Translations under genes and position numbers: made by a program | Part shown: one piece after another, positions 37,601 through 48,011 of the stretch | How positions within the stretch are numbered: the stretch's first letter is position 1 | Layout of the letters: every line of letters begins with the position of its first letter | Source of the DNA: Bacilli bacterium | GTDB taxonomy: Bacteria > Bacillota_I > Bacilli_A > RF39 > UBA660 | DNA length: 64,000 bases | Direction: 5' to 3' | NCBI GenBank assembly: GCA_017612805.1 | Contig: JAGAFD010000008.1 | Location: 41,413-105,412 of the forward strand | The notes under the pieces: generated by a model | Databases searched by the model: none | The model's input: only the letters and a program-made list of their open reading frames with translations | What the model was told of the DNA's origin: nothing

Positions 37601-38593
37601 ATGCTTATATTAGCTAAAGCAGCAATGGCAATGATGCTTGGCTTTATAATTGCATTACTAGTTGGATTAGTAGCTATTCCTTTATTAAGAAGATTAAAAT
37701 TTGGTCAAATAGTTTCAAGAACTATATCGAAGAGTCATTTAGTTAAGGATGGTACCCCAACAATGGGTGGAGTTATCTTTATTATTCCAACATTTGTTAG
37801 TATGTTAATCTTATACTTAAATGGAAGTATTAAATTATCATCTAATTTAATTATTGTATTAACAGTCTTTTTATCTTATGCCATTTTAGGTGGTATAGAT
37901 GATTTAAAAAAGATAATTGAAAAGAATAATCATGGTTTAACCGTTTTATTTAAATTTCTTATGCAAACAGTTATAGCCCTTATTTTCTTCTTTATCTTTA
38001 TGCGTAATGGTGGTTCTACAACGTTAGTTATTAGTTCTTTAGGTATTGAAATACCTTTTGGATGGACTTATGGTTTATTTATTTTATTTACGTTAGTAGG
38101 TTCATCAAATGCCGTTAACATTACTGATGGGCTAGATGGTTTAGCTGGTGGTTTATCAGCAATTGCTTTCTTTGCTTTTGGTTTAATTGCATGGAATACT
38201 GGTTGGTTAGAAGGATATCAAGAAATCGCTATTTTCTGTTTTATCTTAGTTGGTAGTTTACTTGGTTTCTTAATCTTTAATTCGCATCCTGCTAAAGTAT
38301 TTATGGGTGATTTAGGAAGTTTATCATTAGGCGCTGCACTTGCGGCAATTGCGATTGTTACACGTCATGAATTATCATTAATTTTAATTGGTGGGGTATT
38401 TATTGTTGAAACGTTAAGTAGTTTAATTCAAATAATTGCGATTCGTCGTTTCCATAAAAAAGTATTTAAAATGGCACCGTTACATCATGATTTTGAACAA
38501 CGTGGTTGGAATGAATCAGACATTGTTAAATTATTCTATGTTGTTGGATTAATCTTAGCAATGGCCGCTATTACATATGGTGTATGGTTATAG
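37601..38593 (+). CDS. mraY: Phospho-N-acetylmuramoyl-pentapeptide transferase
   Basis: K.GTPTMGG, NAVN.TDGLDGLA, FMGD.GSL.LG and APLHHHFE-like (APLHHDFE) motifs. Confidence 0.95.
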   Translation: MLILAKAAMAMMLGFIIALLVGLVAIPLLRRLKFGQIVSRTISKSHLVKDGTPTMGGVIFIIPTFVSMLILYLNGSIKLSSNLIIVLTVFLSYAILGGIDDLKKIIEKNNHGLTVLFKFLMQTVIALIFFFIFMRNGGSTTLVISSLGIEIPFGWTYGLFILFTLVGSSNAVNITDGLDGLAGGLSAIAFFAFGLIAWNTGWLEGYQEIAIFCFILVGSLLGFLIFNSHPAKVFMGDLGSLSLGAALAAIAIVTRHELSLILIGGVFIVETLSSLIQIIAIRRFHKKVFKMAPLHHDFEQRGWNESDIVKLFYVVGLILAMAAITYGVWL

Positions 38594-38636
38594 AAGTATT
38601 TAGTTATACTTCTTTTTTTATGTCATAAAATTTATT

Positions 38637-39719
38637 ATGAAAGAAAAACAATTAATTATATTTAGTTTCTTAAGCCTTTCAATAATTGGTTTAGTAATGA
38701 TTTATTCATCAAGTTATATTTGGGCTTTATATAAATATAATAACCAATATAAGTTTTTATTTAACCAATTAATCTTTTTTATATTGGGTTTATTTTTATT
38801 GCTCATAGTTTATAAAATGGATCTAAATATAATTAAACGTTATAGTAATCACTTATTAATTTTAGCAATTATTCTATTAGGATTAGTATTAATACCAGGG
38901 GTAGGAATAGTTCGTAATGGGAGTAGAAGTTGGTTTGGAATAGCATCGTTTGGCATTCAACCTAGCGAGTTAGCTAAATTAGCTTTAATTATTTATACAG
39001 CAAAATATTTAAGTTTGAATTATTCAGTAATGAAAAATATTAAAAAAGGTTTAATACCCATCTTAATAGTGATTTTTCTATTCTTTGGTTTAATTATGTT
39101 AGAACCAGATTTTGGTAGTGGTTTTATTTTAGTAGCATCGATTATTGGCATGCTATTTATTGGTAATACGAGGTTGTCATTTTTTACTTACTCGGCTTTA
39201 TTTGGGATGTTGGGAATTAGTGGTTTAGTATTAGTAGCTCCTTATCGTATGGCAAGAATTATATCTTTTCTAAATCCTTGGAGTGATCCTTTAGGAACCG
39301 GCTTTCAAATCATTCAATCCCTTTATGCAATTGGCCCGGGTGGTTTATTTGGGCAAGGTTTTATGAATTCTATCCAAAAGCATTTTTACCTCCCTGAACC
39401 GCAAACAGATTTTATATTTGCTATTATTGCTGAAGAATTTGGTTTTGTAGGCATTCTAGTAATAGTTTCTTTATTTTTTATTATTTTTTATGCCGCCATG
39501 AGAATTGCTTTTAAGGAACATGATTTGTTTAAAAAATATTTAGTATTTGGTTTAGCTTTTAATATTATTTTTCAAGCATTTTTAAATTTAGGGGTAGTGA
39601 TTGGATTGTTACCAGTTACCGGAGTAACGCTGCCTTTTATTTCTTATGGTGGTTCGAGTTTAATTATTAGTATATTAGAAATTGGCTTAATTCTTAATAT
39701 TTCTTGTGATTTAAAGTGA
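38637..39719 (+). CDS. ftsW: SEDS-family peptidoglycan polymerase FtsW/SpoVE
   Basis: GSRSWF..G.F.IQPSELAK, PDFGS, LPEPQTDFIFA and GLLPVTGVTLPFISYGGSS. Confidence 0.9.
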   Translation: MKEKQLIIFSFLSLSIIGLVMIYSSSYIWALYKYNNQYKFLFNQLIFFILGLFLLLIVYKMDLNIIKRYSNHLLILAIILLGLVLIPGVGIVRNGSRSWFGIASFGIQPSELAKLALIIYTAKYLSLNYSVMKNIKKGLIPILIVIFLFFGLIMLEPDFGSGFILVASIIGMLFIGNTRLSFFTYSALFGMLGISGLVLVAPYRMARIISFLNPWSDPLGTGFQIIQSLYAIGPGGLFGQGFMNSIQKHFYLPEPQTDFIFAIIAEEFGFVGILVIVSLFFIIFYAAMRIAFKEHDLFKKYLVFGLAFNIIFQAFLNLGVVIGLLPVTGVTLPFISYGGSSLIISILEIGLILNISCDLK

Positions 39720-39756
39720 TTTGTGGTAGTATATAGAACAACTGTGAGGGGTTTTT

Positions 39757-40713
39757 ATGAAACATATTAATGTTTTATATACTTTAGATCATAAATATCT
39801 TCGTTACATGCTTGCTTCTTTGTATTCCGTTTTGATTAGTAATAAAGATTTAAATGTTACTTTTCATATTATAGCGGATGGCTTTACAAAGGAAGATTTT
39901 AAGTTAGTTGATCAAGTAGTTAGTAGTTTTGATAACGCTGATGTTTGTTTTTATGATTTTAATTTGATTAAAGATTTAATTTTTAAATATCATATTCCTG
40001 CATGGCGTGAATCTTATGTTTCGAATGCTCGTTTATTTTTTGATGAATGTATTAAGAATGTTGATAATTTATTGTATTTAGATTCCGATACCTTAGTGGT
40101 TGATTCTCTGGCGGGTTTAGGTGCTTATGAAGGCGCTATTAACATGGTTCGTGATTCGATGTCTACTACCTATTGGAAGGGTTTAGATGATACTTTAAAT
40201 GCTTATTATAATTCTGGTGTTTTATGGGTTAATATGGATAAATGGCATGAAAAGGGTTGTTATGATAAATTAATAAAAACGATGGAAAAGAAAACGGATT
40301 ATCAATTTCCCGATCAAGATATTATTAATTTAGCTTTAAGAAATGATATTAATACTTTACCAGCTAATTATGATTTATTAGCAACTGATGCTTATTTTGG
40401 CATAAACCAATTATTAAGATTTTATAAGCATTGTCATATTTCTAGATACTCTAAAAAAGAAATGAAAGATGCTAGAAAAAATCCTATAATTTTACACAGC
40501 ATTTCAATTTATGGATGGCAAGGTTGGATGCTTGATACGATACATCCTTATGGTAAGTATTATCAAGAATACTATGAAGCATTAGGCTTTTCGTTAGAAG
40601 AAAGTAATCGCCATAAAATTGTTAATAAAGATTTATATAATTTTTATATTCGCGCTAAGTTTATGTGTCCTGATGAAATAAAAAAGAACGTTAAAAAGCT
40701 ATTATTTAAATAG
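39757..40713 (+). CDS. Family 8 glycosyltransferase (GspA/LPS glycosyltransferase-like)
   Basis: LYLDSDTLVV (DxD), YYNSGVLWVNMDKW and FPDQDIINL. Confidence 0.8.
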   Translation: MKHINVLYTLDHKYLRYMLASLYSVLISNKDLNVTFHIIADGFTKEDFKLVDQVVSSFDNADVCFYDFNLIKDLIFKYHIPAWRESYVSNARLFFDECIKNVDNLLYLDSDTLVVDSLAGLGAYEGAINMVRDSMSTTYWKGLDDTLNAYYNSGVLWVNMDKWHEKGCYDKLIKTMEKKTDYQFPDQDIINLALRNDINTLPANYDLLATDAYFGINQLLRFYKHCHISRYSKKEMKDARKNPIILHSISIYGWQGWMLDTIHPYGKYYQEYYEALGFSLEESNRHKIVNKDLYNFYIRAKFMCPDEIKKNVKKLLFK

Positions 40714-40824
40714 CTTTTTATATGTAAAAATATTTGGTTATTTGTGTAAAATATTGATGCAATGTTTTTAAAAATTTTATATAATTAAAGAGGTGTGGGT
40801 TAACACAAAATGGAGGAGTAAAAA

Positions 40825-42051
40825 ATGATAAAAAATATTATTGTTGGTCAATCTGGTGGGCCTACTGCAGTAATTAATTCTAGTATTGCAGGTGTTTATA
40901 AGAAAGCTAAAGAAATGGGCGTTGAAAACGTATATGGCATGGTATATGGTATTGAAGGATTCTTGCAAGAAAACATTATTAATTTAGATGATTATTTTAA
41001 AGATGAAGAGAATTTTGAATTGTTAAAAAGAACCCCAAGTGCCTTTTTAGGTTCTTGTCGTTATAAATTACCTAAAGTAGAAGATAATCAAGAAGTTTAT
41101 GAAAAAATCTTTGATATTTTAGAAAAGCATGAAATTGATGCATTATTCTATACTGGTGGTAATGATTCAATGGATACTATTAAAATGTTAAGTGATTATG
41201 CTCGTGATAATAATAAACCACAATTATTTATGGGCGTTCCTAAAACTATTGATAATGACTTACCAATTACGGATCATTGTCCAGGTTATGGTTCTGCTAT
41301 CAAATATGTAGCTACATCAATTAAGGAAGTTATTCGTGATAATGCTTCGTTTGGTATTAATAAACCAACTGTTTTAATTATTGAAATTATGGGTCGTCAT
41401 GCTGGTTGGTTAACTTGTGGGGCTGCTTTAGCTAAAGGTGATGATTGTGAAGGTGTTGATGCAATTTATTTACCTGAAGAAGATTTTGATATGGATGAAT
41501 TTAAAGGCCGTGTTAAAGATTTAGCTAGTAAAAAGAAGAGCGTTGTTATTGCTATTTCTGAAGGTATTCATGATAGTACTGGTAAATTTATCTGTGAATT
41601 AGATAATGATAATAAAGCTGTTGATGCTTTTGGCCATAAACAATTATCTGGTAGTGCCGTTACGCTAGCAAATATTATTAATCGTGAAACAGGATTAAAA
41701 ACCCGTGCAATTGAACTTTCTACTTTACAAAGAGCGGCAACACATATTGCATCATTAACAGATATTAATGAAGCAATGGAAAGTGGTGCTCGTGCAGTTG
41801 AAGCCGTATTTAATGGTGAAACTGGTAAGATGGCTACCATTATTCGTAAGAATAGTAATCCATATGAAGTAAGTTATGAAGTATATGATATTCATGATAT
41901 TGCTAACGTTGAAAAGAAAGTACCACTTGAATGGATTGATTCAGAAAATAAACAAATGAACCAAGCTTATTTAGAATATGCAAGACCATTAATTATGGGT
42001 GAATTAACTCCTATTTTTGAAAATGGTTTACCTAAACATATAGTAAGATAG
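40825..42051 (+). CDS. pfp: 6-phosphofructokinase, predicted to be pyrophosphate-dependent
   Basis: GQSGGPTAVINSS, GGNDS (Asp at the position that is Gly in ATP-PFKs), VPKTIDNDL (Lys instead of Gly) and MGRHAGWL. It has its own promoter region and terminator. Confidence 0.8.
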   Translation: MIKNIIVGQSGGPTAVINSSIAGVYKKAKEMGVENVYGMVYGIEGFLQENIINLDDYFKDEENFELLKRTPSAFLGSCRYKLPKVEDNQEVYEKIFDILEKHEIDALFYTGGNDSMDTIKMLSDYARDNNKPQLFMGVPKTIDNDLPITDHCPGYGSAIKYVATSIKEVIRDNASFGINKPTVLIIEIMGRHAGWLTCGAALAKGDDCEGVDAIYLPEEDFDMDEFKGRVKDLASKKKSVVIAISEGIHDSTGKFICELDNDNKAVDAFGHKQLSGSAVTLANIINRETGLKTRAIELSTLQRAATHIASLTDINEAMESGARAVEAVFNGETGKMATIIRKNSNPYEVSYEVYDIHDIANVEKKVPLEWIDSENKQMNQAYLEYARPLIMGELTPIFENGLPKHIVR

Positions 42052-42068
42052 TAATATCTTACTTTTTA
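42043..42068 (+). terminator. Intrinsic terminator after pfp
   Basis: GTAAGATA-gtaa-TATCTTAC followed by TTTTTAC. The stop codon lies inside the 5' arm. Confidence 0.6.
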
Positions 42069-42138
42069 CTTGACATAATTTACAATAAAATAAAGATATT
42101 TTTGAATATTAATAGTATAATTATATTAGGTGGTTAAA

Positions 42139-43233
42139 TTGAAAATTATCGTTACTGCTGGGGGAACTGGTGGACATATCTATCCAGCCTTAGCAATTAT
42201 TAATAAATTTAAGGAACATGATAAGAATACGGAAGTGCTTTATATTGGTACGCATAACCGTATGGAAAAAGATATTGTTCCGGCAACAGGGATTCCTTAT
42301 GAAGCCTTAGAAATCTATGGTTTATCTAAAACCAATTTAATTCGTGATGTAAAAAATGTTTTCTTAATTAATAAAGCTTATAAAAAATGTTTAGCATTAA
42401 TGAAAGAATTCAAACCTGATGTAGTTATTGGGGTAGGTGGTTATGTAACTTATCCAGTTTTAAAAGCGGCTAAGAAATTAAAAATTAAAACTTTCATTCA
42501 TGAACAAAATACCATTCCTGGTAAAGCCAATTTAGCAATTTCTAAATATGCGGATATTGTAGGTGTTTCTTTTGAAGCTTCTAAAGATAAATTCCATAAT
42601 AAGAATATCAAGTTTACTGGAAATCCTTGTGGTGAAAATGCTAAAAATATGGAAAATTATGATAAAACTAAATTAGGTTTTAATAAAGATAAAAAATTAA
42701 TTGTCGTAGTAGCTGGTTCTTTAGGAAGCAAAACAATCAATAATTCAATGAAGAATTTTATTTCTAATTGTGGTAAAGAACCATTTGAAGTTTTATATAT
42801 TACTGGTAATGGTTTATATAATGATTTCGTAAATAATTTGGAAATTCCAAGTAATGTTAAAGTATTACCATATTTTGATAATTTACCAAGAATTTTAAAA
42901 AGTGCTGATTGCTTAGTTACCAGAGCTGGTGCTTCGACGATTAGTGAGATTATTGCATTACATATTCCTTCAATATTAATTCCATCACCGTATGTTGCAA
43001 ATAATCATCAATATTATAATGCTCTTGCTTTAGAAAATAAAAACGCATGTTTAATGATTGAAGAAAAGAATCTTGATGATACAATCTTAAAAGAAAAAAT
43101 TAATGCAATTATTGATGATTTAAAAGTTAGAACGGCAATTATTGATAATTTAAAAAAACTAGATAATATTAATTCTAGTGAAACAATCTATCAAATTATT
43201 AAAGATATGGTGATAAATAATGAATCTAAGTGA
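42139..43233 (+). CDS. murG: UDP-N-acetylglucosamine--lipid I transferase
   Basis: AGGTGG RBS lies 5 nt before TTG 42139; the track gives GTG 42130. GGTGGH.YPALA and RAGAST..E motifs. Confidence 0.9.
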   Translation: MKIIVTAGGTGGHIYPALAIINKFKEHDKNTEVLYIGTHNRMEKDIVPATGIPYEALEIYGLSKTNLIRDVKNVFLINKAYKKCLALMKEFKPDVVIGVGGYVTYPVLKAAKKLKIKTFIHEQNTIPGKANLAISKYADIVGVSFEASKDKFHNKNIKFTGNPCGENAKNMENYDKTKLGFNKDKKLIVVVAGSLGSKTINNSMKNFISNCGKEPFEVLYITGNGLYNDFVNNLEIPSNVKVLPYFDNLPRILKSADCLVTRAGASTISEIIALHIPSILIPSPYVANNHQYYNALALENKNACLMIEEKNLDDTILKEKINAIIDDLKVRTAIIDNLKKLDNINSSETIYQIIKDMVINNESK

Positions 43234-44089
43234 TTATGGGAATGTTTTAGAAAATATTTCATTAAAAGATTATAATACGTTTAAAATTAATAGTTTAGTT
43301 AAAGATTTAATTATTGTTAATGATGAAAATAAATTAGCTGAATTAATTAAAAACTTAGACCAATACTTTATTATTGGTAATGGTAGTAATATTATTTTAT
43401 ACAATGATCATTATGATTATCCTTTTATTAAATTAGATTTTAAAGATATTAAGGTTTTTGATGATAATACGGTTTATGTTGGAGCCTCTGTTTTACCAAT
43501 AGTTTTAATTCATGAGTTATATAAATATGGTTTAGGTGGTTTAGAATGGGCATCTGGAATTCCTGGTACAATGGGTGGCATGGTATATGGTAATGCTGGA
43601 GCTTATAACGAAGAAATTAAAGACTTTATTAAAAGTATTAAAGTATTAGATAAAGAAACTTATGAAATAAGTGAAATGGGTGTTGAGGAAGCTAGGTTTA
43701 GTTATCGCGATTCCATTTTTAAGGAAAACAAAAAATATATTATTTTAGGAGTTACTTTATTACTAAAAGAAATTAATATTGAATCTTCAAAAGAATTAAT
43801 TCAAGATCGTTTAAATCGAAGATTAGCTTCGCAACCACTTGAGTATCCTTCAGCTGGTTCAGTGTTTAGAAATCCGGAAAATGATTTTGCTGGGCGTTTA
43901 ATTGAAGATAATGGTTTTAAAGGTTATCATGTAAATGATGCTTATGTATCTGAAAAACATGCCAACTTCATCGTTAATAAAGGAAATGCTACTGGCTATG
44001 ATATAATTAATTTAATTAATGATATCAAAGCTAAAGTTAAGAGTGAAAATAATGTTGATTTAATATTAGAACAAGAAATTATTAAATAG
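43220..44089 (+). CDS. murB: UDP-N-acetylenolpyruvoylglucosamine reductase
   Basis: FAD-binding N-terminus (GNGSNI), G.PGT.GG.V..NAGAYG-like, SAGS.FRNP and KHANFIVN. Overlaps the murG end by 14 nt. Confidence 0.9.
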   Translation: MNLSDYGNVLENISLKDYNTFKINSLVKDLIIVNDENKLAELIKNLDQYFIIGNGSNIILYNDHYDYPFIKLDFKDIKVFDDNTVYVGASVLPIVLIHELYKYGLGGLEWASGIPGTMGGMVYGNAGAYNEEIKDFIKSIKVLDKETYEISEMGVEEARFSYRDSIFKENKKYIILGVTLLLKEINIESSKELIQDRLNRRLASQPLEYPSAGSVFRNPENDFAGRLIEDNGFKGYHVNDAYVSEKHANFIVNKGNATGYDIINLINDIKAKVKSENNVDLILEQEIIK

Positions 44090-44101
44090 GTAGGTTAAAT
44101 C

Positions 44102-44815
44102 ATGAAAGAAAAAAAGAATAAAAAGCATAGAAAATTAAAAGTAAGATATCTGGTATATCTCTTTTTAATTATGGTATTTAGTGGTCTAGCAGTTTTATAT
44201 TATTTTAAAATGCCTGTTAAAAATATTTATATTAAAGGTAATAGTATTGCTAGTGATTATGATATTTTACTTAGTTCTAATTTAAAAGATTATCCAAGAC
44301 TATTTAAATATAGTACGAAAAATATTAAAAAAGAGATTTTAAAAAATCCGATTATTAATAATGTTAAAGTTAAAAAATGTATAACAGGTAAAATCGTTAT
44401 TGAAGTATCTGAAAATAAATTTTTATTCTTTGATCGTAATACTAATTTAGTGGTATTATCTCACAATGTTAAAATATCACCAGATAGTAAATATGAAGCG
44501 TTAATTCCAACTCTTATTAATTATGTTCCAAATGATATTTATCTTGACTTTGTAACGGATTTTGATAGAATAAAGCCATCAATAATTAGTATGATTAGTG
44601 AGATTGAATATAAGCCACTTTATTCTGGAGAAAATATCATTGATGCAAAACGATTTTTGTTACGGATGAATGATGGTAATGAAGTTTATATTAATACCGT
44701 TAATATTGAACAATTAAATAACTATCCAAGTTTTTATGCTTCTTTAGAAGATAAAAAAGGGGTATTAAATTTAGATTCATCGACTAAAGAAAACTTTTTA
44801 TTTAAACCTTTCTAA
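44102..44815 (+). CDS. divIB: Cell division protein DivIB/FtsQ
   Basis: Basic N-terminus, one TM, a POTRA-like VKNIYIKGNS...I...P.I..V.V.K....I.IEV.E and position after murB. Confidence 0.7.
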   Translation: MKEKKNKKHRKLKVRYLVYLFLIMVFSGLAVLYYFKMPVKNIYIKGNSIASDYDILLSSNLKDYPRLFKYSTKNIKKEILKNPIINNVKVKKCITGKIVIEVSENKFLFFDRNTNLVVLSHNVKISPDSKYEALIPTLINYVPNDIYLDFVTDFDRIKPSIISMISEIEYKPLYSGENIIDAKRFLLRMNDGNEVYINTVNIEQLNNYPSFYASLEDKKGVLNLDSSTKENFLFKPF

Positions 44816-44828
44816 GGAAGTGAATTAA

Positions 44829-45437
44829 ATGAAAATAGATTATCAAAAAGAATTAGAAGAATTAATTACGAAATTAGATAAAAGACCAAGGGTGTTATTA
44901 CATTCTTGCTGTGGTCCTTGTTCTACACAAGTAATTAATTTTTTAATACCTTATTTTGATATTACCGTTTTATATTATAATCCGAATATTGAACCAAAAG
45001 CCGAGTATTTAAAGCGCAAGAATGAACAAATTAAGTTTATTAATGAATATAAAGGGGACTTTAAAATAAACTTTATGGATTGTGATTATGATAACGAAGC
45101 ATACTTAAGTTGCGTAGTTGGCTTAGAAAATGAGCCCGAAGGGGGAGCACGTTGTAGTAAGTGTTTTATGTTAAGACTTGACAAGACTGCTACATTAGCT
45201 TTACAACATAATTTTGATTATTTTGGCACTACATTGACAGTAAGTCCACACAAGAATAGTCAAGTAATTAACAGAATCGGCTTTGAAATAGCTGATAAAT
45301 ATGGCATTAAATTTTTACCAGGAGACTTTAAAAAGAACGATGGTTACTTGAAAAGCATCGCATATAGTAAAGAATATAATTTGTATCGCCAAGATTATTG
45401 TGGTTGTCACTTTTCTAACTGGCATTTAGACAAATAA
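44829..45437 (+). CDS. queH: Epoxyqueuosine reductase QueH (DUF208)
   Basis: LLHSCCGPCS, YYNPNI.P..EY..R, RC..C...RL, TLTVSPHKN and YRQDYCGC. Confidence 0.85.
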   Translation: MKIDYQKELEELITKLDKRPRVLLHSCCGPCSTQVINFLIPYFDITVLYYNPNIEPKAEYLKRKNEQIKFINEYKGDFKINFMDCDYDNEAYLSCVVGLENEPEGGARCSKCFMLRLDKTATLALQHNFDYFGTTLTVSPHKNSQVINRIGFEIADKYGIKFLPGDFKKNDGYLKSIAYSKEYNLYRQDYCGCHFSNWHLDK

Positions 45438-45517
45438 TTGACATAAATATAAGATATTATACGATTTTTGTTTAAAAGAAATAGGGGTTTGTAGTATAAT
45501 AAAATTGTGGTGGTAAT

Positions 45518-46072
45518 ATGCGCGAATATTTTATAAATGCATTATCTTTTATATCTTCGTTATCAAGTGCTGACTTTGTATTCTTTGGCGCAATGATTAT
45601 ATTATTAATTTTAATTTTAGTTATGATTTATATTATTAAAATCAATTACGCTAATGAAGATACAATTCCAGAAGTTGCTGTTACTAATCAAGAAGCCGTT
45701 CCAGTTAACATTTATGTTGAAGAAGAAAAAAAGGAACCTACTGATGAAGAGTTAGCAATTATTGATCTTGATTCACTAACTAATAAATTAAGTAGTGAAG
45801 CTGAAAATAATTTTGATTATGATTCATTAACCGAATATGAAAGAATGCAAGAAGAAGAAGCAATTATTAGTTATGATGAATTAGTTAATAAAGAACGCAA
45901 TGCTAAAAAGAATTTAGAATATACTTCTGAACTTGAAATTACTCCTGATTTAAAAGTTAAACAAGTTGATATTAACAGTTTAAATGAACCTAGTAAAAAA
46001 ACTATTACTATTAATGTTGATGAAGAAGAAACTTTCTTAAACACATTAAAGATGTTACAAAACAACCTATAA
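45518..46072 (+). CDS. Membrane-anchored acidic hypothetical protein (184 aa)
   Basis: One TM near the N-terminus followed by an E/D-rich soluble region. A terminator hairpin (CAACC-tataa-GGTTG) overlaps the stop. Confidence 0.5.
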   Translation: MREYFINALSFISSLSSADFVFFGAMIILLILILVMIYIIKINYANEDTIPEVAVTNQEAVPVNIYVEEEKKEPTDEELAIIDLDSLTNKLSSEAENNFDYDSLTEYERMQEEEAIISYDELVNKERNAKKNLEYTSELEITPDLKVKQVDINSLNEPSKKTITINVDEEETFLNTLKMLQNNL

Positions 46073-46135
46073 GGTTGCTTTTTTATTGAATAAGAAAATA
46101 AATTGTTTTATAATTTATTTAGATGGGGTGTTTTT

Positions 46136-46708
46136 ATGGTAAATGAAGTATTAAATGACGACCAAAAGAAAGCTTTATTAGAAAAACTTAAAAAAAGTAT
46201 TGAAGAGTTAAATAAACATTTAGTTTTAGATGATAACTTCTTATTTTCAAATACTAAAATTGAAAATAAGGCAGTCGACAAACTTCATCAATTAACAACA
46301 ATTATTGGTGATACAACGGATGTTAATATAGATGAAGTACATGAGTTTACTAAATGGATTAATCCTAAAATAATGACTTATATGTTTCGTTTAAGCATTA
46401 TTAATTGTGGTTATGGTGGTTTATCCAACGTTAGTAAAACTATTATCGAATTAAATAAAGATCAAATTCTAGATTACCGTTTTCTTTTTGATAAGGAACT
46501 AGTTCCATACTATCGTTATTTTGCACAATTCAATGATTATGGTGCAATTGGTTATCTTTTTGATAAACGTGGTATTAATGAAGCTGATGCTTATGATTTT
46601 AAACGTTTTATTAATGAATTATCTTCTGAACAATATGAAGAGTTTTTAAACGGTATGGAAGAAGGAGATTACGAAAAAGTATTTCATTTTAGAGCTCATA
46701 ATAAATAG
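46136..46708 (+). CDS. Hypothetical cytoplasmic protein (190 aa)
   Basis: GATGGGG RBS region before ATG 46136. No family recognised. Confidence 0.5.
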   Translation: MVNEVLNDDQKKALLEKLKKSIEELNKHLVLDDNFLFSNTKIENKAVDKLHQLTTIIGDTTDVNIDEVHEFTKWINPKIMTYMFRLSIINCGYGGLSNVSKTIIELNKDQILDYRFLFDKELVPYYRYFAQFNDYGAIGYLFDKRGINEADAYDFKRFINELSSEQYEEFLNGMEEGDYEKVFHFRAHNK

Positions 46709-46739
46709 TTATGAGTTTTTTTAAGAAAGGAGCTGGCAT

Positions 46740-48011
46740 ATGAAATTAAATATTATAACTTTAGGTTGTAAGGTTAATGCTTATGAAAGTGAATTTATCA
46801 AGTCACTTTTTTTAAGTAATGGTTATCTTTATACTGATTGTTTAAGTGATGCTGATGTAATTGTAATTAATACGTGTAGTGTTACTAATCAAGCTGATCA
46901 AAAAAGTGCTAAAATGATTCGCCATGCTCGTAAAGAAAATAACCATGCAGTATTAGTTGTTTGTGGTTGTTCAGCGGAATATAAAAGAGAAGAATATACT
47001 AATTTAGATATTGATATATTGATTGGAACTAAGGATAAGAGTCATATTTTAGAATATGTTAATGTTTTTTTAAATAAACATGAAAAGTTTGTTCAATTTA
47101 GTGATGATATGCATCCTTCATTTGAAAATATGGCAATTAGTTCATTTTCTGCAAAAACTAGAGCTTTTGTAAAAATTCAAGATGGTTGTAATAACTTTTG
47201 CAGTTATTGTGTAATTCCATATTTAAGAAAAGGTATTCGTTCAAAAGATTTTGATGAGACCGTTTGTGAAATTAAAGCTTTAGTTAATAATGGCTTTAAA
47301 GAAGTGGTATTAACGGGTATTCATACGGGTAGTTATTATAACAATGGGCATGATTTAACCGATTTAATTCATGAAATTAGTAAGATTGATGGTTTAGAAT
47401 TAATTCGTATTTCATCAATTGAAATAACTGAGTTATCTGATAAATTTTTAGAAGAATTTAAGAATAATAACAAGATTTGTAATCATTTACATGTTCCAAT
47501 TCAAAGTGGTTCTAATGAAATTTTAAAACTAATGAATCGTAAATATCAAAAAGATTATTTTATTGATAAAATTAATTTGTTAAGAACTTTAAAAGCCGAT
47601 TTAAATGTTACAACTGATTGTATTGTTGGTTTTCCTGGTGAATCTGAAGAATTATTTAATGAAACATTAGAAACAATTAAAAAGATTAATTTTTCCAAAG
47701 TACATGTATTCCCATATTCAAAAAGAAATGGTACAGTTGCCGCTAGTTTACCTAATCAAGTAGATGGTAAGACGTTAAAAGAACGTACTTTAAAATTAAT
47801 TAGATTAAGTGATGAATTAAATCTTTCTTATAACAAAACTTTTATTGGCAAGACGGTTAGAGTATTAATTGAAACTACCGGGACAGAATCAGTTGGTCAT
47901 ACGGCTAATTATTTAAAAGTAATTGTAAAAGATTCTTTAGAACATAACCATTTTTATGATGTTTTAATAACTGATTGTGATAGTGAAGCGGTTTATGGAG
48001 TTTTAAAATGA
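46740..48011 (+). CDS. mtaB: MiaB/MtaB-family radical SAM methylthiotransferase (MtaB/YqeV-like by size)
   Basis: N-terminal UPF0004 Cys triad (GCKVN, NTCSVT, CGC), the radical SAM motif GCNNFCSYCVIP and a C-terminal TRAM-like domain. Confidence 0.8.
   Translation: MKLNIITLGCKVNAYESEFIKSLFLSNGYLYTDCLSDADVIVINTCSVTNQADQKSAKMIRHARKENNHAVLVVCGCSAEYKREEYTNLDIDILIGTKDKSHILEYVNVFLNKHEKFVQFSDDMHPSFENMAISSFSAKTRAFVKIQDGCNNFCSYCVIPYLRKGIRSKDFDETVCEIKALVNNGFKEVVLTGIHTGSYYNNGHDLTDLIHEISKIDGLELIRISSIEITELSDKFLEEFKNNNKICNHLHVPIQSGSNEILKLMNRKYQKDYFIDKINLLRTLKADLNVTTDCIVGFPGESEELFNETLETIKKINFSKVHVFPYSKRNGTVAASLPNQVDGKTLKERTLKLIRLSDELNLSYNKTFIGKTVRVLIETTGTESVGHTANYLKVIVKDSLEHNHFYDVLITDCDSEAVYGVLK

Noticed and set aside
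40777-41840. Antisense ORFs at 40777-40968 and 41568-41840 within and upstream of pfp.
   Set aside because: They are shadow ORFs of a strongly supported glycolytic gene and its promoter region, with no translation signals.
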